Position numbers and translations under genes: made by a program | Part shown: positions 27,171 through 35,095 of the stretch, piece by piece | Numbering within the stretch: the first letter of the stretch is position 1 | How the letters are laid out: each line of letters starts with the position of its first letter | The notes under the pieces: model-generated | Told to the model about the DNA's origin: nothing | Databases searched by the model: none | Seen by the model: the letters and a program-made list of their open reading frames with translations, nothing else | Source of the DNA: Desulfobacterales bacterium | Lineage (GTDB): Bacteria > Desulfobacterota > Desulfobacteria > Desulfobacterales > G020354645 | Assembly (NCBI GenBank): GCA_050053515.1 | Contig: JASFTQ010000001.1 | Span: 4 to 64,003, forward strand | DNA length: 64,000 bases | Direction of reading: 5' to 3'

Positions 27171-28130
27171 CTACTGTAATATAGCGATAACTGCGACATA
27201 TACGCCGTATAGAAAAACGAAAACGATGCCCTCCCGTCTGTCCAAAGACCGTTTTTTCCCCGTGAACATAAAACCGAACAAGAGCAGACTGGAGAGGACC
27301 ACGACCACAATATCAAGGTTGCGTGCCGGTTGAAAAGGTAGCGGTTTTATCAGGGCACTGATTCCCAGGATAAATAGAATATTGAAAATATTTGATCCCA
27401 CTACATTGCCCACGGCGATCTCAACGTTTCTCTTGTAAGCTGCCATTGCCGAAGTAGCCAGTTCCGGTAGCGAGGTGCCAACCGCAACAATGGTCAGCCC
27501 CACAAGCGATTGGCTTACCCCTAAATGGGTTGCAATGGTCAAGGCACCAGCCACAATCCATTTCCCGCCCAGGATCAAACCGAACAATCCCAGTATGATA
27601 AATACTAAGGATCTTAATAAACCATATTTTTTTGTTGGGATATGCTCCTGCACCCCTTGAATTTCTGTGGCAATGTTAACGGTGTAAAAAAGAAATATGA
27701 TGAAAAAGGAAAGAAATATCAGACCATCGGAATGCTTCAAAATGGCGGTTGGCGCCGCGTCTATTAAAATATCATTGGCCAGGATACCCATAACAACCGC
27801 TGCCAGCAGACTAAATGGAATTTCTTTCCATACGGTGCCTTTTGTCACAGATAATGGATAAATAATAGAGGATATGCCGAGGATCAGAAGTATATTGGCG
27901 ACATTGCTTCCCAATATATTTCCAATCGCAATCGCGGTATTCCCTTGAAAACTGGCAACAAGGTTGACAAAAAGTTCAGGCGTTGAGGTTCCAAAAGCGA
28001 CTACCGTCAAACCGATTGCCAGTTCAGAGACCTTTAGCCGTCGTGCTACGGAAGAGGCGCCCGTCACAAGTAAATCGGCACTCTTTATCAGAATTGTAAA
28101 GCCTACAAGTAGCAATACATATGGTATCAT
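27171..28130 (-). CDS. Ca2+/cation antiporter (CaCA / YrbG family)
   Basis: 319 aa with two internal alpha-repeats (GTSTPELFVNL ... GNILGSNVANILLILG and GTSLPELATS ... GNVVGSNIFNILFILG). Confidence 0.85.
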   Translation of the reverse strand: MIPYVLLLVGFTILIKSADLLVTGASSVARRLKVSELAIGLTVVAFGTSTPELFVNLVASFQGNTAIAIGNILGSNVANILLILGISSIIYPLSVTKGTVWKEIPFSLLAAVVMGILANDILIDAAPTAILKHSDGLIFLSFFIIFLFYTVNIATEIQGVQEHIPTKKYGLLRSLVFIILGLFGLILGGKWIVAGALTIATHLGVSQSLVGLTIVAVGTSLPELATSAMAAYKRNVEIAVGNVVGSNIFNILFILGISALIKPLPFQPARNLDIVVVVLSSLLLFGFMFTGKKRSLDRREGIVFVFLYGVYVAVIAILQ

Positions 28131-28199
28131 ATTAACGATAAAAATTTGTCCCCTGCCTGCACCTCAGGTAATCGGCATGCGGTTTTAACAATCACTCTG
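28131..28199. repeat. solo arm of MITE-like family B
   Basis: ATTAACGATAAAAATTTGTCCCCTGCCTGCACCTCAGG...TTTTAACAATCACTCTG aligns with the right arm of family B (CTTGACGACAAAAATTTACCCCCTGCCGACACCTCGGG...TTTTGACAAGCACTATA at 57115-57184). It directly abuts the CaCA start codon. Confidence 0.5.
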
Positions 28200-28323
28200 T
28201 GTGCAAAAAAAACCTGAAGGAGTATCGATCATGTGGAAAAATTTGCCGTTTAATATAATAATGTGTTAAAGCTGGTTTAAGGTTTCACATGTTAATCAAT
28301 ATTTAATTGAAAGGTAAAAAGAG

Positions 28324-28938
28324 ATGGACCGTTTAAAATCCTTTATTAAGACCTCAATTATAGGTGGTTTGGCGGTAATTCTGCCCACCGCCCTTTTGAT
28401 TATTATTTTCAAATGGCTATTTGTCAAAATAACCGACATAATTCAACCCCTGACAAATCTTTTTGTCACCAAAACAAAATTTCAGGAGGCTGCTGCCGAT
28501 GTGATCGTTATCGCCATAATGTTGGCTGTATTCTTTACTGTCGGTATATTTGTCAGAACCAAAATCGGCCAGCTGATACAGGAGTATTTTGAAGGCCACC
28601 TTTTAAAAATAGCTCCGGGCTATACGACGATTAAAGCCATTGTCACCCAATTTTTTAACCGCAAAAAATCGCCTTTTTCCACGGTTGCCCTGGTGCAGGC
28701 CTTTGAAAATGACACCTTAATGACGGCCTTCATCACCGATCAACACGACAGCGGCCTTTATACCGTATTTGTTCCTACAGGCCCCAACCCGACCACCGGC
28801 TTTGTGTTCCATCTTAAAGAACAATACGTCCATCCGATTGGTGTGTCGGTTCAGGAAGCCTTTCAGACCATCATTGGCTGCGGTGCGGGCTCCGATAACA
28901 TTATCAATTCTTACACACAACAAGTTTCGGATCTTTAG
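28324..28938 (+). CDS. DUF502-family membrane protein
   Basis: 204 aa with two N-terminal TM helices (IIGGLAVILPTALLIIIFKWLF) and a conserved C-terminal PNPTTGF-type block. Confidence 0.65.
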   Translation: MDRLKSFIKTSIIGGLAVILPTALLIIIFKWLFVKITDIIQPLTNLFVTKTKFQEAAADVIVIAIMLAVFFTVGIFVRTKIGQLIQEYFEGHLLKIAPGYTTIKAIVTQFFNRKKSPFSTVALVQAFENDTLMTAFITDQHDSGLYTVFVPTGPNPTTGFVFHLKEQYVHPIGVSVQEAFQTIIGCGAGSDNIINSYTQQVSDL

Positions 28939-29002
28939 GTTGTGATTCCCCTGCACCAAAATGCCCCGTTTATGGTTGCAAGGAGCTCCCCTGAATCAAG
29001 TT

Positions 29003-30022
29003 TTAAATACCTTGCAGCAGACGTCCTAAGATATCCGCGCCGGTTATCACCCGCCTTTCACCCTTTGCCCAGACTAAAATGATGTCGCGATCGATGACTA
29101 CCTTACCGGTGCGCTGAGAATGTGATTTTAAATGTAAAAGAACTTTTCCCAATGGAAGTTTTGTGTCTTTTACAATGACGGGTCGATGGCAGTAGCAGTG
29201 AGGATCAATTTCTCCTGATTCAAAAAGAACATCTCTCAAAAAGCCGTCAGAGTCCAGAACCAGGTAAGGTTCTTCTGTAGTATCCGTAATTAGCACCCAT
29301 TTTTTTCCTGAAACCTCGATTTTTTTTAAAAACGGATCGTCAGTTGTGCGTTCAAATTTCGGGAAAATAGGCAGACTATTTTCAACAGGAAGGGCAATTA
29401 TACTTTTAGGATCGATCTTTTCTCCCTCTTCAATTACCAACAGGTCATCTATGGCTAAGAAATTTAATGCACCTATTCCTTCCAAACGATCAATTTCAGA
29501 CCTATTTGTCTCAATATGTTTTTTTATCACTTCCCGCAAACCTCTTTCGCGGAAATATTGGATGCTTTCGGCACCGAGCCACATGTCCAGAACTTTTGCT
29601 GTAGACTTGGCCGCCGGATACAAAAGGATTTGATAGAGCCGCAACAGCGGTGCAAGCCTCGACGCCATGCGCATGGCATGGCGCGAAAAATAAGCCTGGG
29701 GCATTATCTCACCGACAAAGGTGATCACCACGGTTGAAAACAAAAATGCCCAAACTCCGGTCATTACTGAATTTGAAATCAATGTCAGCAAGACGTTGAT
29801 TCCGACATTTCCCCAAAGTATGGTTGTTAACAGAAAATTCGAGTCTTGTCTCATATGGAGGATTTTTATAGCATCGCGATTTCCAGTGGATGCTTCCACC
29901 TCCAGTCTGAGCCGGCTGATGCTAAACAGTGCTAAATTAAGGCCGGAGAACATAGCGGATTGGGTGATGCAAAAAAAAATGCCTGCCCAAGTGCCTGCTG
30001 AAGTGAAATACGGTTCATTCAT
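29003..30022 (-). CDS. CNNM/DUF21-domain membrane protein lacking the CorC_HlyC C-terminal domain
   Basis: 339 aa. The DUF21 pattern is present (MFSGLNLALFSISRLRLEVE ... LLTTILWGNVGINVLL), followed by a divergent soluble region. Confidence 0.7.
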   Translation of the reverse strand: MNEPYFTSAGTWAGIFFCITQSAMFSGLNLALFSISRLRLEVEASTGNRDAIKILHMRQDSNFLLTTILWGNVGINVLLTLISNSVMTGVWAFLFSTVVITFVGEIMPQAYFSRHAMRMASRLAPLLRLYQILLYPAAKSTAKVLDMWLGAESIQYFRERGLREVIKKHIETNRSEIDRLEGIGALNFLAIDDLLVIEEGEKIDPKSIIALPVENSLPIFPKFERTTDDPFLKKIEVSGKKWVLITDTTEEPYLVLDSDGFLRDVLFESGEIDPHCYCHRPVIVKDTKLPLGKVLLHLKSHSQRTGKVVIDRDIILVWAKGERRVITGADILGRLLQGI

Positions 30023-30229
30023 TTTGCCAAATCTCCCAAAGCTGGTTTCAAAATATTACTTTTTATCTGCCTGTGACGAGCTCAGTCAAGACATTTGCGA
30101 CTTTCGATGCCGCCATAGCTCTTTGGCGTCTGAAGCTTGTTCCACAAATTTGGGGAACTCGGGCTGACTTACTTAAAGAGTGTCAACCAGATGTAATCCA
30201 ATTATTAAATTACGACATTTTTGATTCGG

Positions 30230-31566
30230 CTACCCAGAGAGCTTTGGAAGTAAAAACGAAGCGAAGCTCAGAACGAAAAAAAACCGCACATATCGGTGAT
30301 TGTCGTCAGTAGGGGGCCGGATGCCAAAGCCGGGTCGGTTCTCATACCGCGTAAGATTAATGGAGCAAGTCCGCCAAAACTCACTGCAACCAGTGTATTG
30401 GCAGCCAGCGAGACGCTGACAACCAAACCCAGATAGGGATTACCTTTCCACAGCAATGCTGCCCCACCGAGTAGACATCCGAGCACAATGCCGTTTATGA
30501 TTCCAATTGAGGATTCTTTCGTTAAAACACGTATCAATTCGCGAGGCCGAACCAATCCCAGCGTCAACTCTCGAATGCTGACAGCCACCGCTTGATTGCC
30601 GGAACAGCCGCTCATATCCGATATGATGGGGAGAAAAACTGCAAGCACGATCGCCTTTTCCAGAGGGTCCTGATATAATGCGATTACACTGGCGGCAATG
30701 ATGTTGAGTACGATGTTGATGCTGAGCCATGAAAGCCGGCGTGAAGATCTTTTGAACAAAGGCATCGTTCTATGTTCTTCGCCACCCACGATACCGGCAA
30801 ATTTTAAAAACAACTGGTTGTTTTGCCGGTTGGCGGCCTCTCTGACCGAAACACTCCGAACGACACCCATAAGTACTCCGTCATCGCTGACAACTGGTAC
30901 CCCTAGAAAGGAATATTGTCGGAAAAAATCCTTTAAGTCGCTTAATGACGTTTTGACATTTACGTGGAGGGGTTTTTTGATCATAATCTCACTGATACTC
31001 TTGCTTCGGGGGGCCATCAGAAGATCCAGCAGCCGCAGGACTCCGATTAGCCGGGCTGAGCCGGAAACCACATATGCATACTGTGGATATCGTAATCCGA
31101 GTATGCCTCACCCTGGGCACGAAGATCATCCAACACATCTTTGACCAGCATATCCCCGCCGTAGGACAGATATTCGTTAATCATCAAAGCGCCGGCAGTG
31201 TTTTCAGGACAGCTCGTCAATTGCCGGATTTCTTTGGCCCTATTGGGTTTGATATCCTGCAATATCAACTCGGCATCGTCTTGCCTGAGTTTTCTGAGGA
31301 TACGGGCCTGCTGGCCGCTGCCCATTTCCCGAACAATCGGTACTGCATCTGAAGGGATTAAACGCTCGACGACGCCGGACGCGCCCAATCCTGATATTTT
31401 TGAAATGAGAGCAGCCGATCTTTCCGGTCCTATCAATTCAAGCCGGCGGGCTTGATCTTATTGATCTAGGCGGGTGATATAGGGCAATTTGTGCCGATGA
31501 TAATTTTTCGAGAAAGGCTATAATTTGCGGGCCGTTTCTCGTCTGAATCACATGATATAGGGTCAT
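30230..31566 (-). pseudogene. mgtE: magnesium transporter MgtE, disrupted by frameshifts and an in-frame stop
   Basis: MgtE homology is spread over at least three frames. The N-terminal piece from ATG 31566 ends at a TGA (31443-31441) and the homology continues in another frame, which contains an in-frame TAA near 31459-31461. The N-domain and first CBS part lie in ORF 31047-31436. The rest of the CBS pair plus the TM domain lie in ORF 30268-31071, with the frame change near 31075-31085 (..YSDYDIHS / YAYVVSGSARLIGVLRLLDLL). The C-terminus is cut at an A8 run (30276-30283). One extra base there would restore GFFFVLSFASFLLPKLSG*. Confidence 0.6.
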
Positions 31567-31687
31567 GCGGTTATCTTCCGTTTCTTTTTCAACCTCTACT
31601 GTCATATTATATCTCCCGCTCCATAATTGGCCTTATCTGATTATTCGTCTCGGTCATAACCCCCCGAATGGCATCAGCATGCTTTTC

Positions 31688-32629
31688 TTAACTCGGTACG
31701 TATCGCAGGTGGATGGTAAAAAAAAGAACCACCGCTATGAAACAAGCGATGGACGGTGTTAAAAACCAGCCGATCAGAATGCTGACCAGTTTACGCCGGT
31801 TGACGGTATTGATTCCCTTGACAAGACCCACCCCCAGAACCGCTCCTATTACCGCCTGGGATGTTGAAACCGGAACGCCTACAAAGGTGTAGAAATGCAC
31901 CGTAACGGCCTCGGCCAAAACGACGACCATCGCCGAAAAAGGATCTAAACGCACCAGCCCTCGGCCCACAGTTTCCATTACGGGCCGGCTGAATGTCAAA
32001 ATGCCCAGACCAATACTTAAACCACCAATCAGAGTGGCCGAAAATACATTCAACCGGCCGGCCCCGACAAAGACCGCAGTTACATTGGCAACATTGTTGG
32101 CACCCAGTGCATAAGCCGCATATGATCCGGCAACAATCAAAGCGATTCGGATACAGATATCGGACTTAAATAAGTCGATACGGAGTCTGCTATATGCAGC
32201 CGCCAATATCTTGTAGGCCATAATTGCCGTCAGCATGCCCCCGATAGGGGTGCCAAACCAGCAGGCAACCACTTTGCCCAATCCTGTAAAATCAACCAAA
32301 CGGTTGAGAAATCCAATGCCCAGGATCGCGCCTACGGTAGCTTGAGAAGTTGAAATCGGCAGCCCGATCAGCGTCATTAACGTCACTGTAAAGGCTGCAG
32401 CCACAGACGCGACAACCGCTGCTTTAAGGGTCAGCCGAGTGAGGCCCGTAAGGGTTTCAATACCCGCCCCACCCTCCAAGAGCGCTCCCATTAATACAAA
32501 AAAAGCCGCTAACAACGCTGCAGACCAGAACTTCAGCATCCTGGAAGATACGGCGGAACCGAATGCATTTGCAGCGTCATTGGCGCCCAGCGACCATCCC
32601 AGAAAAATCCCACCCAGAAGAGAAAGCAC
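31688..32629 (-). CDS. inorganic phosphate transporter, PiT family
   Basis: 313 aa. The duplicated GANDAAN/GANNVAN motifs are present (LGANDAANAFGSAVSSR and ALGANNVANVTAVF). Confidence 0.9.
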   Translation of the reverse strand: MLSLLGGIFLGWSLGANDAANAFGSAVSSRMLKFWSAALLAAFFVLMGALLEGGAGIETLTGLTRLTLKAAVVASVAAAFTVTLMTLIGLPISTSQATVGAILGIGFLNRLVDFTGLGKVVACWFGTPIGGMLTAIMAYKILAAAYSRLRIDLFKSDICIRIALIVAGSYAAYALGANNVANVTAVFVGAGRLNVFSATLIGGLSIGLGILTFSRPVMETVGRGLVRLDPFSAMVVVLAEAVTVHFYTFVGVPVSTSQAVIGAVLGVGLVKGINTVNRRKLVSILIGWFLTPSIACFIAVVLFFTIHLRYVPS

Positions 32630-33309
32630 TAGATTCGCCTTTTCAGGTTAATTATATTTACCCGTTTCGATACGCGGTCTGCCTGATCCGAAATTTCACC
32701 CATTACAATAACCATCTCTTTTAGCTGCAACTTGAGAAAGGGCTCGAGATCGGAGTCGAAAAGTTTGATGATGATTCGACGCTCAATATGGTCACAATGA
32801 CTCTCGTTTTGATCAATGGTCGAAAGCAATGTCTTGATCCCCTCCTTTTTCTTGAGCATCACATCAATTTGCTTGATCATCAGATCGCAACTTTCCAGCG
32901 AAACCCGGATAAGCTCCTGGATGTCCAGCTTGAGGAATTCCGGAAAAAAGAGCTTTTGGGTGCGGAGCATATTCAAAATTTGCTCAAAAGAGCGCGGGAT
33001 CTCATCAACTTTTTCCAGCAGGCCCATGATATCCTCGCGCGACTCGGGAATCAGTGCCCGGCTGTACATCAGTTGATTAATTTCTTCCCGAATTTCATCG
33101 GCTACGGATTCAAATTTGTGGGTCTGGTCCATCAGAAAACAAAAATCGTCACTGACGCCCTCCTTCAGGCAAAGATTCATGGCCTTGGCAAAATGGTCTT
33201 GAATCATACCAAGGTTTTCCAGGTAGTCGTAAATCAATTTTTCCAGTTGGTGCTCTTTTCGAAATAAAAAATTTAACATAATCGGCTCCAATTCAGGTCT
33301 GATTAACAA
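32629..33309 (-). CDS. DUF47 / TIGR00153-type PhoU-like protein, the usual partner of PiT transporters
   Basis: 226 aa and helical. It sits immediately upstream of PiT with a 1-nt overlap, which is the usual DUF47-PiT pairing. Confidence 0.75.
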   Translation of the reverse strand: MLIRPELEPIMLNFLFRKEHQLEKLIYDYLENLGMIQDHFAKAMNLCLKEGVSDDFCFLMDQTHKFESVADEIREEINQLMYSRALIPESREDIMGLLEKVDEIPRSFEQILNMLRTQKLFFPEFLKLDIQELIRVSLESCDLMIKQIDVMLKKKEGIKTLLSTIDQNESHCDHIERRIIIKLFDSDLEPFLKLQLKEMVIVMGEISDQADRVSKRVNIINLKRRI

Positions 33310-33923
33310 ACCGGATATTTTCCCTGCGCAAGCTCCAGGCAGAATCTGTTGATATCGCCAAACGCTTGATTAAAGATTTCTTTAACTTCCCTGGATACAC
33401 CCCGCAATGTCTGGCCCTTCTCCAGAAGAAGCCGAGCATTGGCCATTTTGGATTTGCCGATCTGGCTCAAAAGCAGGACATAAACTTCATTGACCCCTTC
33501 AACACTTTGACATATTTTTTTTGCAAGCTGATGGGCAAGCACATTGTATACCTTACCGACATGGCTGACGGGATTCTTGCCGGCGGCAGCTTCCGTTCCC
33601 ATGGGCCGGTTCATACTGATCAAACCGTTGACCCGGTTGTCCCGGCCGACCTGTCCCGAATCCGCATCTTCGGCTGAAGTGCCGGTCAGGCTCAGATAGA
33701 TTCCGCCGATTCCTCTGTCTTTGTGGTCGAGGGTGTTATGGTTCAAGGATATTTTACGAAACACGCCTTTAGAGAGGCTTGATAAGAAATCCGATATCGC
33801 CTCCATCACGGCATCGCAGATATAATCCGGATGCCCCCTACCTTTGCGCTCGACGATTTCGACGCTCTGCCGCGTGACGGTTTGCTGCCCTTTGAGTGTT
33901 TCTATAAGAATCATTGTGATCAC
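33303..33923 (-). CDS. archaeal-type S-adenosylmethionine synthetase homolog with a large internal deletion (mini-MAT)
   Basis: 206 aa. The N-terminal block is EIVERKGRGHPDYICDAVMEAIS. The C-terminal blocks are LSLTGTSAEDADSGQVGRDNRVNGLISMNRPMGTEAAAGKNPVSHVGKVYNVLA and VLLLSQIGK. Both match archaeal MAT (about 400 aa in Methanocaldococcus as I recall), but roughly 200 central residues are absent. Confidence 0.6.
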   Translation of the reverse strand: MITMILIETLKGQQTVTRQSVEIVERKGRGHPDYICDAVMEAISDFLSSLSKGVFRKISLNHNTLDHKDRGIGGIYLSLTGTSAEDADSGQVGRDNRVNGLISMNRPMGTEAAAGKNPVSHVGKVYNVLAHQLAKKICQSVEGVNEVYVLLLSQIGKSKMANARLLLEKGQTLRGVSREVKEIFNQAFGDINRFCLELAQGKYPVC

Positions 33924-34001
33924 CTGTTAGAGTTAGCCGTTAAAAAATTTTTACACCAGCGCCCCGGTTTGAAAAAAGACGCACACGATTTTACTTCTCA
34001 G

Positions 34002-34016
34002 GCAATTGGCATGCCA
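34002..34016 (-). promoter_or_regulatory. sigma-54 (-24/-12) promoter match upstream of the mini-MAT / DUF47 / PiT operon
   Basis: The minus strand reads TGGCAT-GCCAA-TTGC with canonical GG-N10-GC spacing. It lies about 80 nt upstream of ATG 33923. Confidence 0.6.
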
Positions 34017-34275
34017 GGTTGTCGTCCATAATCGCCATGCCGGGGTCAACCTATATGGCTCTCGTATGAATATATCAATTAGATTGGTAAAAATGATAAA
34101 TTTAAGGAAAATCGTATATAAAAAAACATCGAGATGAAGCTAAGAGATCCTGAGAATTTAAAAAAGCAGAACTTCGAGTTCTGATATTTATCAATAGCGG
34201 AATTCCTTTTTCCTCTTAAAGCGACGCAGGACCAAGAACAACTGACCCACTGAGCGCTTTCGCTCTCAATATATC

Positions 34276-34291
34276 TGGCACGGGTATTGCT
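34276..34291 (+). promoter_or_regulatory. sigma-54 (-24/-12) promoter match upstream of the clpP-like gene
   Basis: The plus strand reads TGGCAC-GGGTA-TTGCT. It lies about 100 nt upstream of the GTG 34393 start. Confidence 0.6.
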
Positions 34292-34392
34292 CTCCATATA
34301 ATATAAGAGGATTGCTGTCGAACGAAAACCGGTATTTGGCGTCGTCATTAAAATCCGCAGTGAAAAATTACACAGGGTTTAAGGGGGTTGCC

Positions 34393-35010
34393 GTGGCCAT
34401 TATCATACCCATGATCATCGAACGAGACAGTCGTGGCGAGCGCGCTTATGATATATACTCCCGACTGCTGAAAGATCGGATTATTATTTTAGGGGCCGCC
34501 TTGAATGATGAGGTGGCCAATTTGCTCATCGCCCAACTGCTTTTTCTGGAATCCGAAGACCCGGATAAAGACATTAATTTTTATATCAATTCACCGGGTG
34601 GGTTGGTCACTTCAGGCCTGGCCGTGTATGACACGATGCAGTACATCAATCCTGACATCACTACGGTTTGCCTGGGGCAAGCCACCAGCATGGCGGCTTT
34701 TTTGCTGGCTGCCGGCACCAAGGGCAAACGCTATTCACTGCCGAATTCCAGGATATTAATCCGCCAACCGATGGGTTCATTTCGAGGACAGGCATCTGAT
34801 ATCGAAATTCACGCCAAGGAAATTATTCGAATGAAAGAGACCTTAAACCGTATCCTAGCCAGACACACCGACAGATCATATGAGCAAATTCAGGCGGATA
34901 CGGATCGGGACTATTATATGAGCAGCGAGGAAGCCAAGGTCTATGGTCTAATTGATTTTGTCATCAGAAATCGGAACGATCTCTTTCAGTTGCAGCAGAA
35001 AGCAGCCTAA
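34393..35010 (+). CDS. clpP: ClpP-family protease subunit with catalytic His replaced by Arg (ClpR-like)
   Basis: ClpP blocks are [41 protein letters not shown] and [14 protein letters not shown] (Ser present). The MIHQP motif reads LIRQP, with codon CGC at 34762-34764. The Asp region DTDRDYYMS is present. I chose GTG 34393, which follows AAGGGGG, because the track ATG at 34312 lies too close to the sigma-54 promoter and lacks an RBS. Confidence 0.8.
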   Translation: MAIIIPMIIERDSRGERAYDIYSRLLKDRIIILGAALNDEVANLLIAQLLFLESEDPDKDINFYINSPGGLVTSGLAVYDTMQYINPDITTVCLGQATSMAAFLLAAGTKGKRYSLPNSRILIRQPMGSFRGQASDIEIHAKEIIRMKETLNRILARHTDRSYEQIQADTDRDYYMSSEEAKVYGLIDFVIRNRNDLFQLQQKAA

Positions 35011-35095
35011 AGGCGAATTAGAATACCGCTACTCGGCAGAAAACGATTTATTTCAAGCAGAAACGAGTCCTAACACAAAAAGGAGTAGCCAATCG

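Noticed and set aside
31567-31687. I looked for Mg2+-sensing leaders (M-box type) or other riboswitch-like structures upstream of mgtE, corA (22111-22234) and the CNNM genes. I also looked for CIRCE (TTAGCACTC-N9-GAGTGCTAA) and HAIR elements upstream of hsp20, lon and clpB.
   Set aside because: I could find no convincing conserved cores by eye. A covariance-model scan (Rfam/Infernal) would be needed to exclude them properly.
34312-34392. The N-terminal extensions proposed by the ORF track for the ClpP-like gene (ATG 34312) and for the GDH-CBS gene (ATG 34952, overlapping the clpP-like gene).
   Set aside because: ATG 34312 lies only about 20 nt after the sigma-54 -12 element and has no RBS, and the ClpP homology begins near 34400. 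For GDH, the extension has no homology, and a good AGGAG-ATG start exists at 35096.
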